This document shows, one piece after another, positions 39,677 to 55,095 of a stretch of 64,000 bases of DNA (position 1 is its first letter; every line of letters starts with the position of its first letter). Origin of the DNA: the human T2T-CHM13v2.0 reference genome, Homo sapiens; NCBI RefSeq assembly GCF_009914755.1, contig NC_060931.1. One strand, given 5' to 3'. The position numbers and the translations under genes were made by a program. The notes below the pieces were generated by a model that saw only the letters and a list, made by a program, of their open reading frames with translations, had not been told where the DNA came from and did no database searches.

Positions 39677-39679
<3 letters not shown>

Positions 39680-42600
39680 GGAAGGCAGAAGATTCATTTT
39701 AAAAGGGGGAAAAATAAGCATTGCGGTCAAGGGCCTAAGAATAGACATCTTGAGCATAACTCCAGAGACACTGTCATTATTGTAATAAACTTGAGGAACA
39801 AAAGTGCATCATTCACCACGTGACAAGGTCCAGTACTATGAGCTTTAACTTGCCTGTTTCGTTATTTTGTTTATTTGTTTTTCACAGCTTTCTGCTAAAT
39901 CCTTTGCTCACTTAGCTAACATTTAGGCCTATTTTTCTCTTAATTTGGGTGTAATATAACACAGTCATGCCTCTATCCCTGGGAAAACTTGTCTTTTATT
40001 AAGGCCTATGCCTGCTTCTTGCTACTTCTGAAGTTGAGCTAGGAACCTAGTTATTTGAATGAATATTATTTTGAATGATAACACTGATTATATTTTGATT
40101 TGAAAACTATCCTTGAGTAGGCAATGTATGTCAAATTAGAAATATTCTTAGAGTACTGCGTAAAATCAAGAATGAAACTTAAAATAGTTTCTACTGATAA
40201 AATTGAAAGAATATTACAATTACCATTTCCATTTTATTTCCCAATCATTCCTAAACTGGAATGTTTTCTTATAATAACTGACTGAAACTAGTTAGCCAAA
40301 CTAATGTTGGTATGAAACTAGAAATAGATCCTCAGAGAGAGCACCTACTGACCTGATACATGGCCATGTTTCTGAAAATGTCCTCAATAAAGGCTGATGG
40401 TATAGTGCCAAAGCTCAATCCATGAAAAGCAATTATAATGGCACAGAGGTAGGGCAGACAAGGTAATAGTATATAGGCTCTCTGATGTTCTGTTTTAGTC
40501 ACAGAGTACATTTAAGAGGATCAAAAGAATGAATGGACTGAACATCCTTCAAGCAAACTGCCATGGTATTTATTTTGGCCAAGCTTTAGAAAAATTTGAC
40601 CTGAGGCTGATTCAGGAATATTCTGTGACAGGCACCTGGAGTGCAGTTATTCCATGCAGCCAATTAATTGGAGAGCCATATGTTTTAATATTTAGCCAAA
40701 GTGGGGTTAGCACTGATATTTTTTATATTATCTTGTGGATGCTGATTAGCTCAACAAGAGTATATGCTGAATAGACAAGGCTGTGTCGTTTTCTGCTTGC
40801 TTTCTGTGATGTCTACCACAGATTCATAAAGCATTTTAAGTAAATAATGAGTCAAAATTGGCAATGCATGTGGCATTAAATTGGCATGAATCCAAAGCTG
40901 CACATATTCCTAAGGAGTAAAAATATTATAGATCAAATAGGAAAAATAAAATACAAATGTCTTTTGTTTTAAGAATGTGTAAGGGTAGAAAGTCGAGACT
41001 TTTTATTTATTAAAAATATCTCACAGTATGTCCACGACATGTAATTAGAAATCACTCTGCATTTCAACCAGGTAATTAAAATTAGAGATAATACTGTTGT
41101 CTAGTCTCATGCATACTTTTTCGATTTTTGTAAATCTGAATAAATCTATTATTTTTAGAAACAAATATTCATTTTAGTGTTAACTTTAAAAGAGAAAATA
41201 TATCCAATAAATGTTGAATCAAATTTTTTCTTATTTCTCACAGAGCTTTTTATATCATGATTACTAATACCTTATAATTTAGGGTAAATCATTTGATGAG
41301 ATTAAATTTTTCTTATAGTTACTTAGAAAAGTCATGAATGAGGTTATGACTACATTCAAGAAGGATGAATGAGAAAAAACATAAGAATTCTCTAATCATT
41401 ACAAAAGGATCACTGGAAACATAAAACAGATTATAGGTTGCTTTTGTTTTTAAACCTGTTTTAGTAAGTTATGATCATTATATGCATATTTTTGCAGATG
41501 GCCTCATTCATACATGATTTGTAACAGCTTTCTTCCCAAACAGATTTTTTAAATATGCACCAAAACAAATTAGAAATATGCTCTCTTTTAATGAACAAAA
41601 TAGGATTTTTTTGTAAGTCCAAATACGCTTGCTCTAAAATAGAAAACCAATTTGTATTCCTTAGAGACTGAACTATATTTGAGAATTAAGGGGGTTCACT
41701 GACACACAGAAGAGGGATTCTCTTAACTCTTTTATATTTAAATTATTCATTTAAAATAACTTCATTTTGATATTTACCTGTTTTTCACTTTGTATTATTA
41801 GTATTAAGAGCAGATCTAATTCTGGCATTGTTCATTTATACAGATGCACAAGATGCTGAATAAATTCATTCAAATGAGTTAAATATAAACATTTTACAAA
41901 TAAAATTTAAGGCACATTTAATTAAAAGTTGAGTTGATGTCTAAAATGGGGATAGATTGATGAAGGAAATTCATAATTTTCAAATTCAAAATGAATAATT
42001 CTTTACAAACACAGAATTTAGGGAATGATATGGGATATTATATCAAATTATTGCAATATAATTATTGATGACCCAGAAATTTTATTACATCTAGAAATGA
42101 GTCTCATTCCATTAAATGAGCCTGTGACATTTCATAGAGGCAAATGAAAATTTGCAAGGACAGAGCAAGACTTTAATAGTAAAATAATTATTCTTACAAT
42201 CTCTATTAAACATCTATTTTTCAAACCAAAACAGGTGAACTATTATAAAGGGAAGCATATGCCATTTCGTCAGATTAACCATATTTTACACCTAAATGAA
42301 TCATGGTAGATGGTAGAAACATATAATGCATGTAATTTGTGTACCTGTTTAAACTATCAATTTCCACAGATGGAAATCTGAGGATACCAACATTTTGGCT
42401 GGATTTTACAAATAACATTATGACAAAGTAGTTAATACTGTGGCATAGATAAGACATAAAATAAAATCTTCATATTTATTGATTCTAGTTACTTGATTTT
42501 TAGAAAAAAATCCTCTCAGTTTCTAAAATGGAGACAACAGACTTATCACATGAGTTCTGGGGGACTTAAGTAAAGTAATGCATGCATAATGTTTACCAAA

Positions 42601-43341
42601 ACAATTGTCAATAGTATGTCAGATATAAATGGGGTAATACTGCGTGCATGCAGAAAAAAATAAACAAATAATTTAGGGTTGATCTATTTGCTTTATATTA
42701 TAAAGTCTATTGTATGCCAAGAATAAGTATGTGAAGATATAATTGCACTTACTGAACAGAACTCTGGTTAATCTGGTAATACTTTGGCATCAGGCAGTAG
42801 ACTCCTAACGTGCAATTTTAAATAGTACTAAGTTATGTAGCCAAACATACAGATAAAACTTGATCTAAAAAAAAGCTTCATAATATACTAGAATTTCACA
42901 GAAAAAAATCCTAATTCAAAGAACTTTGCATAAATATGTTTTGCATTAAGTAAATTTATCAGTTCCAACCAACAATCAGTATAGGTTAATGCTTAAATAT
43001 GAAATTAAAAGTAGAAAATATTAAGTATCTTATTTTCCCCATGTTCTTAGTTCTTCCCCATTCACAAATAGAATTGTTCTTAGTTAACACAGAACAAGAG
43101 TTAAAGGGGGAAAAATAAGTAAAATGAAGGTAAAATCAGTCATATCTTACATGCTAATGGTAGCTAACACTGTGAACAGTGTTTAAAAACATGGAGACAG
43201 CATATTATCAAACACCTAAGTTAAACTGATTAGATTATTATAACTAAACAAAATGAATGAGTATGGATATACTATTTATATACTTTTTTTCTATACTATT
43301 AAATAGTTTATATAAAATTTAGGTTATTTTGGTCTCTTAAT

Positions 43342-43555
43342 CTAGTGATCCTCCCACCTCAGCTTCTGAAGCAGATGGGACTACAGGCATGTACCATCAT
43401 GACCAGCTAATTTTTCTTTCTTTTTTAAAAAAAATTTTAGTAGAGATGAGGGCTCACTGTACTGTCCAGACTGTTCTTAAACTCCTGACTCAAGCCATCC
43501 TTTCACCTCGGCCTCCCAAGGTGCTTACAGGCATGAGACCCCATGGCTGGACCCA
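43342..43555 (-). mobile_element. Degraded AluJ, partial
   Basis: gtgatcctcccacctcagc...gggactacaggcatg...actcctgactcaagccatcct. Confidence 0.75.
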
Positions 43556-43952
43556 GCTGATATTTTAAAGATAGAAAATAATAATTGAAAACTTAGTGGA
43601 AGAAAGAAGAAAAAATAATCAGATATAAACTTATAATTTATTACATGTTATTCCAATCTATTGTTCTATAAATATTTTAATAGAGTTGAGACCATATAAT
43701 ACTCATTCACTCTATCAATCATCTATGCCAGGGGAATTATATGTTCATTTAGTACCTAAATAATTGTTTTTGCTGCTTCCATTTAACCTTATAACATGAG
43801 TACAATCAGTATTATTTTTAAAAATATCTTGAGCTATCATTGAATATAGTAATATTACATTAAAACATGAAAATATTTAACCATTCTTCAATTATGATAC
43901 ATGTAAGGTATTTCCTGTTTTCACTATCACAACTCTTAAATTATGTTTCTAG

Positions 43953-44352
<400 letters not shown>

Positions 44353-46541
44353 AAGGAGCAGAATTTCTAAACCACATGTAGATCTTTCTACAGGAAAAAA
44401 ATGTAAAACTTGAGATTATTGTTAACTGCTATCTGGTGAAAGGCAATAGTTGTTTTTTCTGCTTTACAGAAAAGACAAAATCATTTAGGGCAAAAGCAAT
44501 CCAATGAAGTACTAAAACTAAAAAAGAAAACACTTGAATTTCTTGAGAAATTACTTCTAGTTAAGAAAGGTTCTACCATTTTATTAACTCTTTGGGGGCA
44601 GAAAAGAAAATGTTATAATCAAAATCTATTTTAAAACAGAGAACTTGAAAATTATAATAATCATATGAATTGCTTCTAATTCCTTAAAAGTATATAATTG
44701 ATTCAAATTAATATATTTGAATATGTTCATTTGAATATAATTTACTCAAATAAAATATGGCATTCTCAATAAAAGAAAAAATAATTTTTAATTGAGATAT
44801 TTATTTTTCACATGTAATTTTAAATAAATAAAAATTAACTGTATTTATTCTCATAATATGATCTTACATCTACTAATACCAGAAGTTATTTTAGGTAAAA
44901 CATTTATAAAGTTACCAGATATATAATCTCTGTAGACAGTGAGATGCTATTTTTGAAATATCAACTGATACACTTCTCTTGTGAAATTTCCCTTCTCCTT
45001 TCCCTTTATTTCTATCAGACAGTTTATTCCGTGTTGAGTGTCATGAGGAAGAGTTATGCTATGGTCCAAAGATTTGAATCTGGTAGTCTCTCAAATTCTT
45101 CTTTCCCCAAACCTCAAACCATTAAGGAGATTATGTTTTGATTGCCTGCAGCATCACATATGGAGTACTTCAGACTGGAAAATATTAAAACTTAAGAGTA
45201 AAGAATTTCCTCTTTAGTAGAAAAAGATTTCCTAGGATCAAGTAATGAGAGAGACTGAAGGAAGTTTGTGGGAAAATAGTGAAATTAAGGGGGAAGGGGA
45301 CTTTAAGTTAGACTTCCTAGGAAAATGCCTCAATAGGTAGCCATGAAGATACCCTCCCCAGAGAGGTTGTAGGAGTTGAGGGCAAGACCCAGAGAGTCAA
45401 TGAATTCACTGTGTAGGTACACAAGACCATTGAGGATCCAGCAGAGTTTTACATATCCAAGAATGACATCAAAGCAACAGAAACATTTCTGTGCCCCCTT
45501 TATGGCCTCCTAAACTAACTAAACCATAGAAACAGGAAAACGGATGGCTTACTAAAATGTGTGGACTAAGATCAAGGACAAGATGGATTTTTCAGTATTT
45601 ATCTTATAGACACAATTTAATTACCAGACAGGTAATTAATTACTACCCTGTACTCTCACCTTTTATATACCCACTGGATCTTGTATATAGTGGGACCTAT
45701 CTTAGGAGGATTCTAAATTGGTTCAGATTAAGTTTTTACTGAGATAATGAATGGGACTCAAAATAGAACTTGAGTTTGGTTACAGACAAATAATTAAGTA
45801 GAACTTGTCACTTGCACATCCAAGACTGTTAACAGAAATCCGTAACTACTACAAATAGAAAAACTTTTGTCCTCTACCATGTATTTAACAAAAACTTTAT
45901 TTTGTATAATAATGTATGAGCTGTTTGCATAGTTGGTGTTATGATTGATTATATATGCTATCTCCCCAGAGATACTTAAATGTGACTACGCTCTCTGAGA
46001 AACATCATGAAGCACTGATATAATTAATATAGCATATAAACTGGGAAAACATTATTAGAAAAACATCATGATAAAATAGGCAAATAAGATCACCCCCAAT
46101 GTCATACATATCCATAACAATAAAGCAAATTATCAAACAAAAAGCATGAGTTCTTGTTCAAAATTGATATTCATTTATTTCTTACTTACTAATTTTAGAA
46201 TGAGCTAATAGACCAGAAGTAATATTTACTCAAGTTCAGTAAAAAGTAGTCATTTGTTATTCTATTTAATTATTCAATAAACGTTGATGAACAAGAATGT
46301 TATTCATAAAAATAACTATAAACAATAATGTTCTAAGAATTCTTTCTATCCAATGGGGATAAAATGTCAATTAGCTGTGGCCTTTTTGCCCAGCTAACTG
46401 TGTATCTCTGCATCTTTATGTGTCTATTTATAGTATCTATCTGTCTATCTATCTATCTATCTGTGTTGTTACCACATCATTGAAATGATATGCCTTTTAT
46501 GTAGATTTTATATAGGTTTATCATACAACATTAATATCTTG

Positions 46542-46612
46542 TTGCGCCACTGCACTCCAGCCTAGGTGACAGAGGGAGACTCCGTCTCTAAATAAATAAA
46601 TAAATAAATAAA
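46542..46612 (+). mobile_element. Alu 3'-terminal fragment with (TAAA)n tail
   Basis: ttgcgccactgcactccagcctaggtgacagagggagactccgtctc(taaa)n. Confidence 0.85.
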
Positions 46613-47757
46613 GTCATGAAACATTGATGTTATAAGTGGTCATTTAAAATTTAATACCATGAATACTTACTGACTGGCAATTTATTCACATCTGGGGGCC
46701 ACTATTCCTTTTTACTATCATGAACCCTATAAATGAAAGTCTTTGCTCATAACTACCTTAATGCTGAGATAACAATATATTTAAATAAACTTTGTATTGC
46801 AACTTTTTAAAGAGTTTTCAAAGATATTCACTAGAATGGGAAGTATATGTAAATTCTAAACACTGTGGGATCATAAAGTGATTTTAATTAAACTTTTGTA
46901 GTATATTTTGGCTATATTCAAAGGAGATACTGCTCATTTTGAAAACAGATTATCAATAAACTGTGTGGCACCATAATCATGTTGCTATGGAACAACTAGC
47001 CTCCCTTCCCAGGGGCAATACTTCATAATGCAAATATAAAATATTCTCAGTACCAACACCTGCTTAAATTAGTTTCATAGGGCAATTATGTCAGGCTTCT
47101 TATATATTCCTATAGGTACTTTAAACTATTTTATGGCATTATCCTGTAAACTTTTGAAAACTGCATATTACATGACAATCTATTAGTGGCTCAAGAGACA
47201 TACCACTGTAAGTTTCAGGGACTCAGACATCTTCTTTTGCCTATGTCAAAAAAACATATTTTAAGAAAGATTTTGCACCTTCATCTCAATACAATCATTG
47301 CAATGAACACCTTTTCAAAAACAGAATGATAATTATTACTAAAAAGAAATTTCTTGTTGTTTCCATTTGCCTGAGTGACTAACAATGGTAAACTGATTGA
47401 TTACCTTGGTCCCACACCATTGGAACTATGTGTCCTAGTATCTCTGGCCTTTGTTCCACAGACTACTACAAAGAAAGATGTAGGTTCATCCTCCTTGTCT
47501 ACCTCAAAGATCATAAAGACTCATCTCTGGAGGGGAAAGAAGACAAATGAGTACCCTCTCTGTGCCTGCTGCTCTCCACAGTTAATATCAAACAAAACAG
47601 TCATTATTTAAGATGAAATGATGACCAAAAGTTGTTCAAATGGTTTATTATAGTGTGTTGTAATAATGGAACATCCTATCTATCCTGGATTTTAAAGTTG
47701 TCATACTAGACAGACAAGCCTGGGTACCTTATAAGACTTCAATAAAAATTGATGCCT

Positions 47758-47997
47758 CATAGTTCAACTCCTACTTATGAGTGAGAACATGCAGAGAACA
47801 TCACACACCAGGGCCTGTCGGGGGGTGTGGGATAAAGGGAAGGAGAGCATTAGGACAAATATCTAATGCATGCGGGGCTTAAAACCTAGATGACGGGTTC
47901 ATAGGTGCAGCAAACCACCATGGCACACGTATACCTATGTAACAAACCTGCACATCCTGTACATGTATCCCAGAAGTTAAAGTAAAAGAAAAAAAAA
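47758..47997 (+). mobile_element. L1PA7/8-like 3' end with inverted 5' segment
   Basis: gcattaggacaaata.ctaatgcatgcggggcttaaaacctagatgacggg; A tail; TSD TGATGCCT at 47750-47757 and 47998-48005. Confidence 0.88.
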
Positions 47998-48804
47998 TGA
48001 TGCCTTACTTTTTGTGAATTCCCACAGATTACTGACATTCATATTACTGCTACTCTTTTAAAGTACATTCATTCACCAAGGAATTGTTTTAAAGTAATTT
48101 CAGATGTTTTCTGAAATAGCACAAGAATCATCTGGTAATCAATGCATCCATATTAAATGTGTTTGAGGGCCACTTAAATGATTAAATATATCTAAAGTTA
48201 ACACATTTGGTAATCAATATGTGCTCAGTATTGTCTCTATACATACATGGCACAGTCAGAGCCACATGTTTAGAGTCACTAAACATTGTATTTGATCTTC
48301 CCTCCCAAGCTGAAACTCTAACCACATATTATTGAAAATATGTAGTTTTTCCCCCTTCCTCTAGATTGTACCTTTATAATTCTATATATTCAATGCAACT
48401 TAATATCTCATTATAAAATTTCTTATATTGGCTAAATTTTTTCATATGTCTTACTCAAAAACAAAATTTATATAGAGATATAATAAATGCAATATATTTC
48501 TATAGAATATAAAAAAGTGAAAGATCTGGCCTTGTCTACAAAGATATTTTTAATTACAGGATCTTCATTGCTATGAATCTGCAACACAAGGAACTAAGCT
48601 GACATGTTTTGTTTCATAATCAGGAGCAGATATGGAATAGAGTAAGGCTTTGGCATTTTTTTAAAAAAAGCCCTGAATTTGAATTTTGGTTCTGCCACTT
48701 ATTACTAGTTTAATCTGTATATATTATTTAATCATTCTAACTTTCTCTTTCACGGTAGGAAAAATAGTGGAAATAATTAACAAGCAGCAAATGAGACTTT
48801 TTTT

Positions 48805-49013
48805 TTAGCAATAAAGTCTTTTTAAATTAAGGCATGTATATTTTTTTTAGTCATCATAATGTGATTGCACACTTAATAGACTACAGTATAGTGTAAACAT
48901 AACTTTTATATGCATTAGGAAAACAAAAAAAATCATGTGACTCACTGTTTTGCAATATTCGCTTTATTGTGTTGGTGTGGAACTAAACCAGCAAAGCTGT
49001 AAGATATTCCTGT
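48805..49013 (+). mobile_element. Tigger1 DNA transposon 3' end
   Basis: ttgcacacttaatagactacagtatagtgtaaacataacttttatatgca...atattcgctttattg...tggaactaaacc. Confidence 0.8.
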
Positions 49014-49419
49014 ATTCAGAAGTATTTTTGAATAAATGAATGATATGTATTCATGTATCCATTCATTCACTCATCTTTTCACTCATTCAAGGACAAGGAT
49101 AAAGCTGGAAGCCATCATTCTCAGCAAACTAAAATGAGACTTCTAACACTATTTAAGAATGACAATAAACTAGGCCTTGTCATAATAAGAGAAAACTATC
49201 AGGAAGAAATAAAGGAGATAAATAATTGGGAAAGGTAGTTGATGCAATATTGGGAGACAAAGGTTGAAATTAGGGCATTTAAAATATCGAAATAAATGTT
49301 GACATTTTTGAATGAAAGGAAGTTTTGTCTTACTACATGAAGCCATAATTTTAGACTCAATATAAGATATAACACAAATATAAAAAGTCTCAAAATACAG
49401 CAAACATATTTGAAAATAT

Positions 49420-50830
49420 TAATCATTCAATAACTATATTGATTAATGTGCTAGGCAATACAACAGTGAACAAACAGATACAATTTAAGTGAGATAATGG
49501 TAAACAGATAATGACAACATCAGTAATTAATTAAAATTATGGATAATATTAGGAAAAATAAGTCCTCTGTGTTATGGAAAGGGAGGTGCAACTTAGATAT
49601 TCAGGAAAGGAAAGTCTTCCAAAGGAAGTGACGTAAGAGCTAAGAATTAAGTAACGAAAAGGGTAAGGTGGCTAAACTGTGAGGCTGAGGCTCTTGGGCA
49701 AAGGGCCTTGTAAGCTACATGAAGAATTTTAAACATACTACTAAAGCAGTTAAGAGACCATCAAACAGTTTTTGACGAATAAATGACTTGATCAGATAAT
49801 TATTTTATTTTTTATATATATTTTTATTTTGGGGGTTCATAGTAGGTATATATATATATTTATGGGGTATATGAGATGTGTTGATACAGGCATGCAATGC
49901 ATAATAATCACATCATGGGAAATGGGATTATCCAACCCCTCACAGATAACCATTTTCAAAATATCACTTGAGGTGAAAAATGGATTGGAGTGAGAAACCA
50001 AAGTGCTATAGATCAGGTGAGAAACTGAAGGTAGTGGGGAAAAAACGATGAGAATAAGAAAGTAATTTGAGAAAGAAAGTACAAAACCGATAGAATTTAA
50101 CGTTGGACTGAATGTGGATAGTGAGAAAAAAGGAAATGTAAAGATTATTCTGTAATTACTGGCTTGGATTTCTGGGTGGATTACTGTGTTATTTACTAAG
50201 ATAGCAAGAATATGGAGGACAAAATATTTTGACCTCCAATATTGTAAAGGCAATGTTTAGGCTATGAAGTGATGATGCTGAGGTAATTGAATATATGGGT
50301 CTGAAGCTCAGAAAAGAGATATGATACAGAGATGCATATTTGGGAGTTACATTGAATACATGATGTGTTAAGCCATGGAAATGGATGAACTCTTTGGGAA
50401 AAGATGTACAGTGAGGAGACATGAAGGTCTATGACTGAAGCTATATAGCCTTTAGAATCTAGGTTGAAGATAATGGTCCAGTACTGGATGCTGAGGGGTA
50501 GGCAAAGCCAGAGGTGGAACACAGGAAAGAGAGCTGCACCATAGAAACCAAGAGAAGAGAGTAAAAGAGGAATAGGCTTTTGCCAGGGTTGGTTAACAGC
50601 GCAAATAAATTGGAAGCCAGGGTGTCCGCTGGATTGAAATTCATTACACTTTAGCAAGAACCAATGGTTTTGATAAATTGGTGTAAGAAAGTGCTGGATT
50701 GTGGTTTGTCATGAAGTGGCTGGAATATGAGAAAATGCAATCATAAAACACAAGTAGCTCTTCTGAGAAATCTAGCGTGAAGGGGTGGGTGGAAATATTG
50801 CAACTACTTGATGTGGACATGATATCAAAG
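49420..50830 (-). mobile_element. Long L2 fragment interrupted by L1MA
   Basis: L2-type segments (gtgctaggcaatacaacagtgaacaa; ttgaatatatgggtctgaagctcag; tgaagccagg...ggattgaa); approximate ends. Confidence 0.65.
49800..49942 (-). mobile_element. L1MA1/2-like 3' end
   Basis: catagtaggtatatat...atttatggggtatatgagatg.gttgatacaggcatgcaatgcataataatcacatcatg; TSD CAGATAA at 49793-49799 and 49943-49949. Confidence 0.8.
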
Positions 50831-50869
50831 GAAAAGCAATATATTTGTGACACTTTTCAAGGTCACAAA

Positions 50870-51095
50870 ATCTGAAAGCAGATGGTCTTTGATTGGACCC
50901 AAGGCTGCTACTTCCTAATTGTGTGGTCTTCACTAAGTTACCCATTTTTTTCTGTGTCTCACTTTCTTCATATTAAAACTGGTAATGATAATAGTACTTA
51001 TCTCATTCAGTTTTGTGAAAAAATTGTATTGACATATATAAAGTACTTAGATCCATGCACGGTATATAGTAAACATTACATGAGGGTTTCTTAAT
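50870..51095 (+). mobile_element. MIR SINE
   Basis: ctgctacttcctaattgtgtggtctt...tctgtgtctcactttcttcatattaaaactgg. Confidence 0.6.
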
Positions 51096-53619
51096 GTTTT
51101 GTTTGACATATAAGTATGTTTAGTACGTACAAATGTCTATTGGAAGAATCCAATAAAGGAGAATGAAAATAAAATATATGTTTATCATTATATTTAAGGG
51201 GAGAGGTACTGGATAATTCTCATCCTTTTTGCTTTAGAATAGGTTCTATTTTTTATAAGTTACATGTTATAGCTTTTATAATACAAATACTATATATTGT
51301 TTTAGAAAATATGCATGTCATTAAAATTGTGTAAAATATTTTAAGAAATGAATGTCAAAAATAAAACAGGAATATAAATATGATCTGATTTTGCTAAAAA
51401 TTATGCAAAATACTAAAATAAGATTTACCAAAATATTAATAGTAGCTAATTATAAATGGTAAGGTTATTGTTTCAATTTTATTTTCAGTACTCTTGGGTA
51501 TTTTCTAAATTTTCTATAATTGGCATTAATGGTTTTTTTATAAGAGGAAAACATTTATTTTAAAAATTAAAGATATTTTATTGGGAGCTTGAAAGTCCAA
51601 ATATTAGGACTTAATTAAAGTCTAAAGGTACTTAATGAATATAGAAGTACTGAACCCATAAGTGTTAGGTTACCGTGTCAGCACTAGGCTTTCTATCCAA
51701 ATCCTTGATGCTTGGCAATAATCTTGTTAGCTCTACACTGCCGTCCAAACAATCTTGATAAAATGTAAATCTGTGTATGGCAAACTCCTATATTGCTCCT
51801 CCTTCCTTATGAATAAAATAGCCCATTTGTAAGCCCTGCCATACACATTCAATACACAATATCTTTTGTGGCTTGATTTTCACATGGTTTCTTTGCCCAG
51901 AAGTCCTTCCTTTCCTTTCGTACATAGCCAAATTCAACCCATCCTTCAAACAACAGGTTTTTTAATACTTCCAAAAGATACTATAGTGACTTTCTCTTTG
52001 TGTAAGTCTCCCTTGGACTCTTAACCACTTTCAAAGAAGGACACATGTGTGGCCATGTACACACAATTTCTATATCTAAGCATCTAGCTGAAAACATTTT
52101 AATAAATAAGTTGTGTTTTATCTGGTGTTTAGTGGACCTAAAAATTCTAAAGCCTCTGTGAAAAATTTATAAGCAAGTTTTAAACTTTCAACGGTACTGT
52201 TTAAAAAGAACAGTCCTCCACTTTTGCCATTTATGTCCAAGGTAGAACCTAGAATTAATTTTAAATCAAAGGATTTAAGCAGGAAATACTAGACTTGAGA
52301 ATAAAAGTTGGAGTCGTAGATCAAACACGTTTGGGTCATCACTACACTTCAATGGATAATAACACCTAGGACTTCAATGAACAGACTCTTATCCCTGAAG
52401 ACTAGATCAGGGAATAAGAGTACACCAGCTGATCCCTGCCATGGTACCATTAAATAGGATATCAACAGTCTCTTAAAGAGGAAAAGTGATTATAGGCTAT
52501 CTCAGAAAAGCACACGATCAAATAATGTTGGAGCCATTCCAGACTAAACCTAAAGCTATTAGCTGGTAGTTCACCTGCTTATATTATTTTACTCCTAGTA
52601 CAGATATAGCTGTTACCATTATAATCTTTCTGCTATGTTTACAGAAAAAAATGGAAAAAAATTACTTTTGTCTTTCTTGTTATGTTTGCCATCTGTCAAA
52701 TCTTAAATAAGTTTTTCAACAAGCTATAGTAACTGATTAGTAACAACAACTACAAATCTGAAAAGAGATCTCCCTATAATCTATAAATTACTTATAAGCA
52801 AGCAGAGTTGCATAAACAAAAATTTTCATGGTATAAACACATGTCCCAAAGACAAGTTTATAAAGATCACTTATAGGTCAGCCAGATGCCTCACCCTCGT
52901 ATCAGTCACATAGATGAGATTTCTCCTCAATTCTGGAAGAATGAGTTAAGAACCTGGCAGGGTACTGTCATTAGTGAAAGAAGAATCAATTTAAATTTAT
53001 TCTATTCTGCTATTTAAATGCCAAATACACACAGAGTGTTGGATTCATGTATATTTTTCTATTTCTGTTACATCCAAAAGAAATTTATACTGAAAAGTTA
53101 AAGCACAATGTCATTTAAAGATACTGGCTTCTGGTTTTTTGTTCATCTCCATGTAAGGAGCGTGGAAGTCACTACTTCATTCTAACAATAACCAAAAAGC
53201 TGAACAAACTGAAAAACCAACAACTCTTGTTAGATCTGTAAGAGAAGTGAAGTCACAGGTCACACAAATACTCTCAAAATTGGAGAGACAGGTAGATACA
53301 GAGAAGCACAACTTACCAGTGCAGAAACTCAGAAGCAAAACCTTCTACGGAAACCAGTACTGGGGCTGGAAAACCTGAACTTTAATTGACAAATTGCTGG
53401 AGTCTTGGTGTGGACAAGCCTGAGAGTTTGAATCCAGGAAGAACAAGTCACTAATGGGAGTTATGCTTTTATTTGTTTTATCAGCAAGAAACCTACTAGG
53501 TTTTCACAGTAAATATTTGGGGAAAAACCCTCTCATGCTTCAGGCAGGGGGAAAGGAAAAGGTGCCAGGCTGAAATATGCCAGTGTACTCTGTTTCTCTC
53601 AACAAGGTCTGTCCTTTAA

Positions 53620-53620
<1 letters not shown>

Positions 53621-53655
<35 letters not shown>
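53621..53655. repeat. (CAA)n microsatellite
   Basis: Direct reading. Confidence 0.9.
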
Positions 53656-54429
53656 CTATTAATCCAGTGCTTGAACTGCTGGGGTTTCACTACAGTCTAA
53701 CTGACTAGGGGGAAAGGAAATAGCCAACTCCAGCCAGCTCTAGACTTCCACATGGGAAAAGAAAATACCTAACTCCAGGCCTCTCTAGATATCCTGTCCC
53801 ATATAAAGGAGAGAATGTGGACTGAGAAACATGAAATTTACAGTCCAGAGGCACATGTTCACTAAAGACTTTGACCTAATCAGAGGATTAGAGAATGCTT
53901 TCTCTGCCCCACACCTTACCACCACATTACTAAAGGCCTATTTACAGCACTTTCTTTTACCCAATACATCATATCCAGCTATCAAGTAAAAATTACAAGG
54001 AATACTCAAAGACAAAACAAAAACAAAAACAAAAACAACAGTTTGAAAAGACAGAGCAAGCACAAGAACCAGGCATGGCAGAATGTTGCAATGATCAGAC
54101 TGGAGATTTAAAACAAGTATAATTAATATGATAATTGTTCTAATAGATGAAGTATATAACATGTAAGAACAGATGGACGGTTTGAGCAGATAAATGAAAA
54201 TATTAAGAAAAAATAAAAAATTAATGTTAGGGATAAAAAAAACACTGTAACAGAAATGAAAGATGCCTTTGATAGGCTTATTAGTATATGGGATAGTGGG
54301 CAAATTAAAGAATCTCTGAGATTAAATATCAAGAATATATCAATAGAAACTCCAAAACCAAAAAGCAGAGAATGAAGACTGAAAAAAAAAAACAACAGAA
54401 TAGAATATTCCAGAATTGTGGGATACCTA

Positions 54430-55095
54430 TTAAAGATATATGGATATATATATTATATAAAATATATATGGATATATAATAAATATTACATATTAAATAT
54501 ATATGGATATATAATATTATATATTAAATATATATGGATATGTAATAAATATATCCATATATATTTAATATATATACTTTTTCCATTATATATTACATAT
54601 TATTCCATTATATAATATATACTATTCCATTATATAATATATTATATATTTTATTATATATTATTCCATTATATAAAATATATAATATATATCCATTATT
54701 ATAAAATATAATATATATAATATTATATTAAAATATAAAATATAATATTATATTAAAATATAAAATATAATATTATATTAAAATATAAAATATAATATTA
54801 TATATAAAATATAAAATATAATATTATATTAAAATATAAAATATAATATTATATATAAAATATAAAATATATTATATATAAAATAATATATAATATTAAA
54901 TATAAAATATAATATATAATATTAAATATAAAATATAATATATAATATTATATATAAAATATAATATATAATATTATATATAAAATATAATATATAATAT
55001 TATATATAAAATATAATATATAATATTAAATATAAAATATAATATATAATATTATATAAAATATAATATATAATATTATATATAATATATATAAT
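54430..55095. repeat. About 660-nt near-pure AT tandem repeat (units like aaaatataatatataatattatat)
   Basis: No G or C from about 54700 to 55095. Confidence 0.93.
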
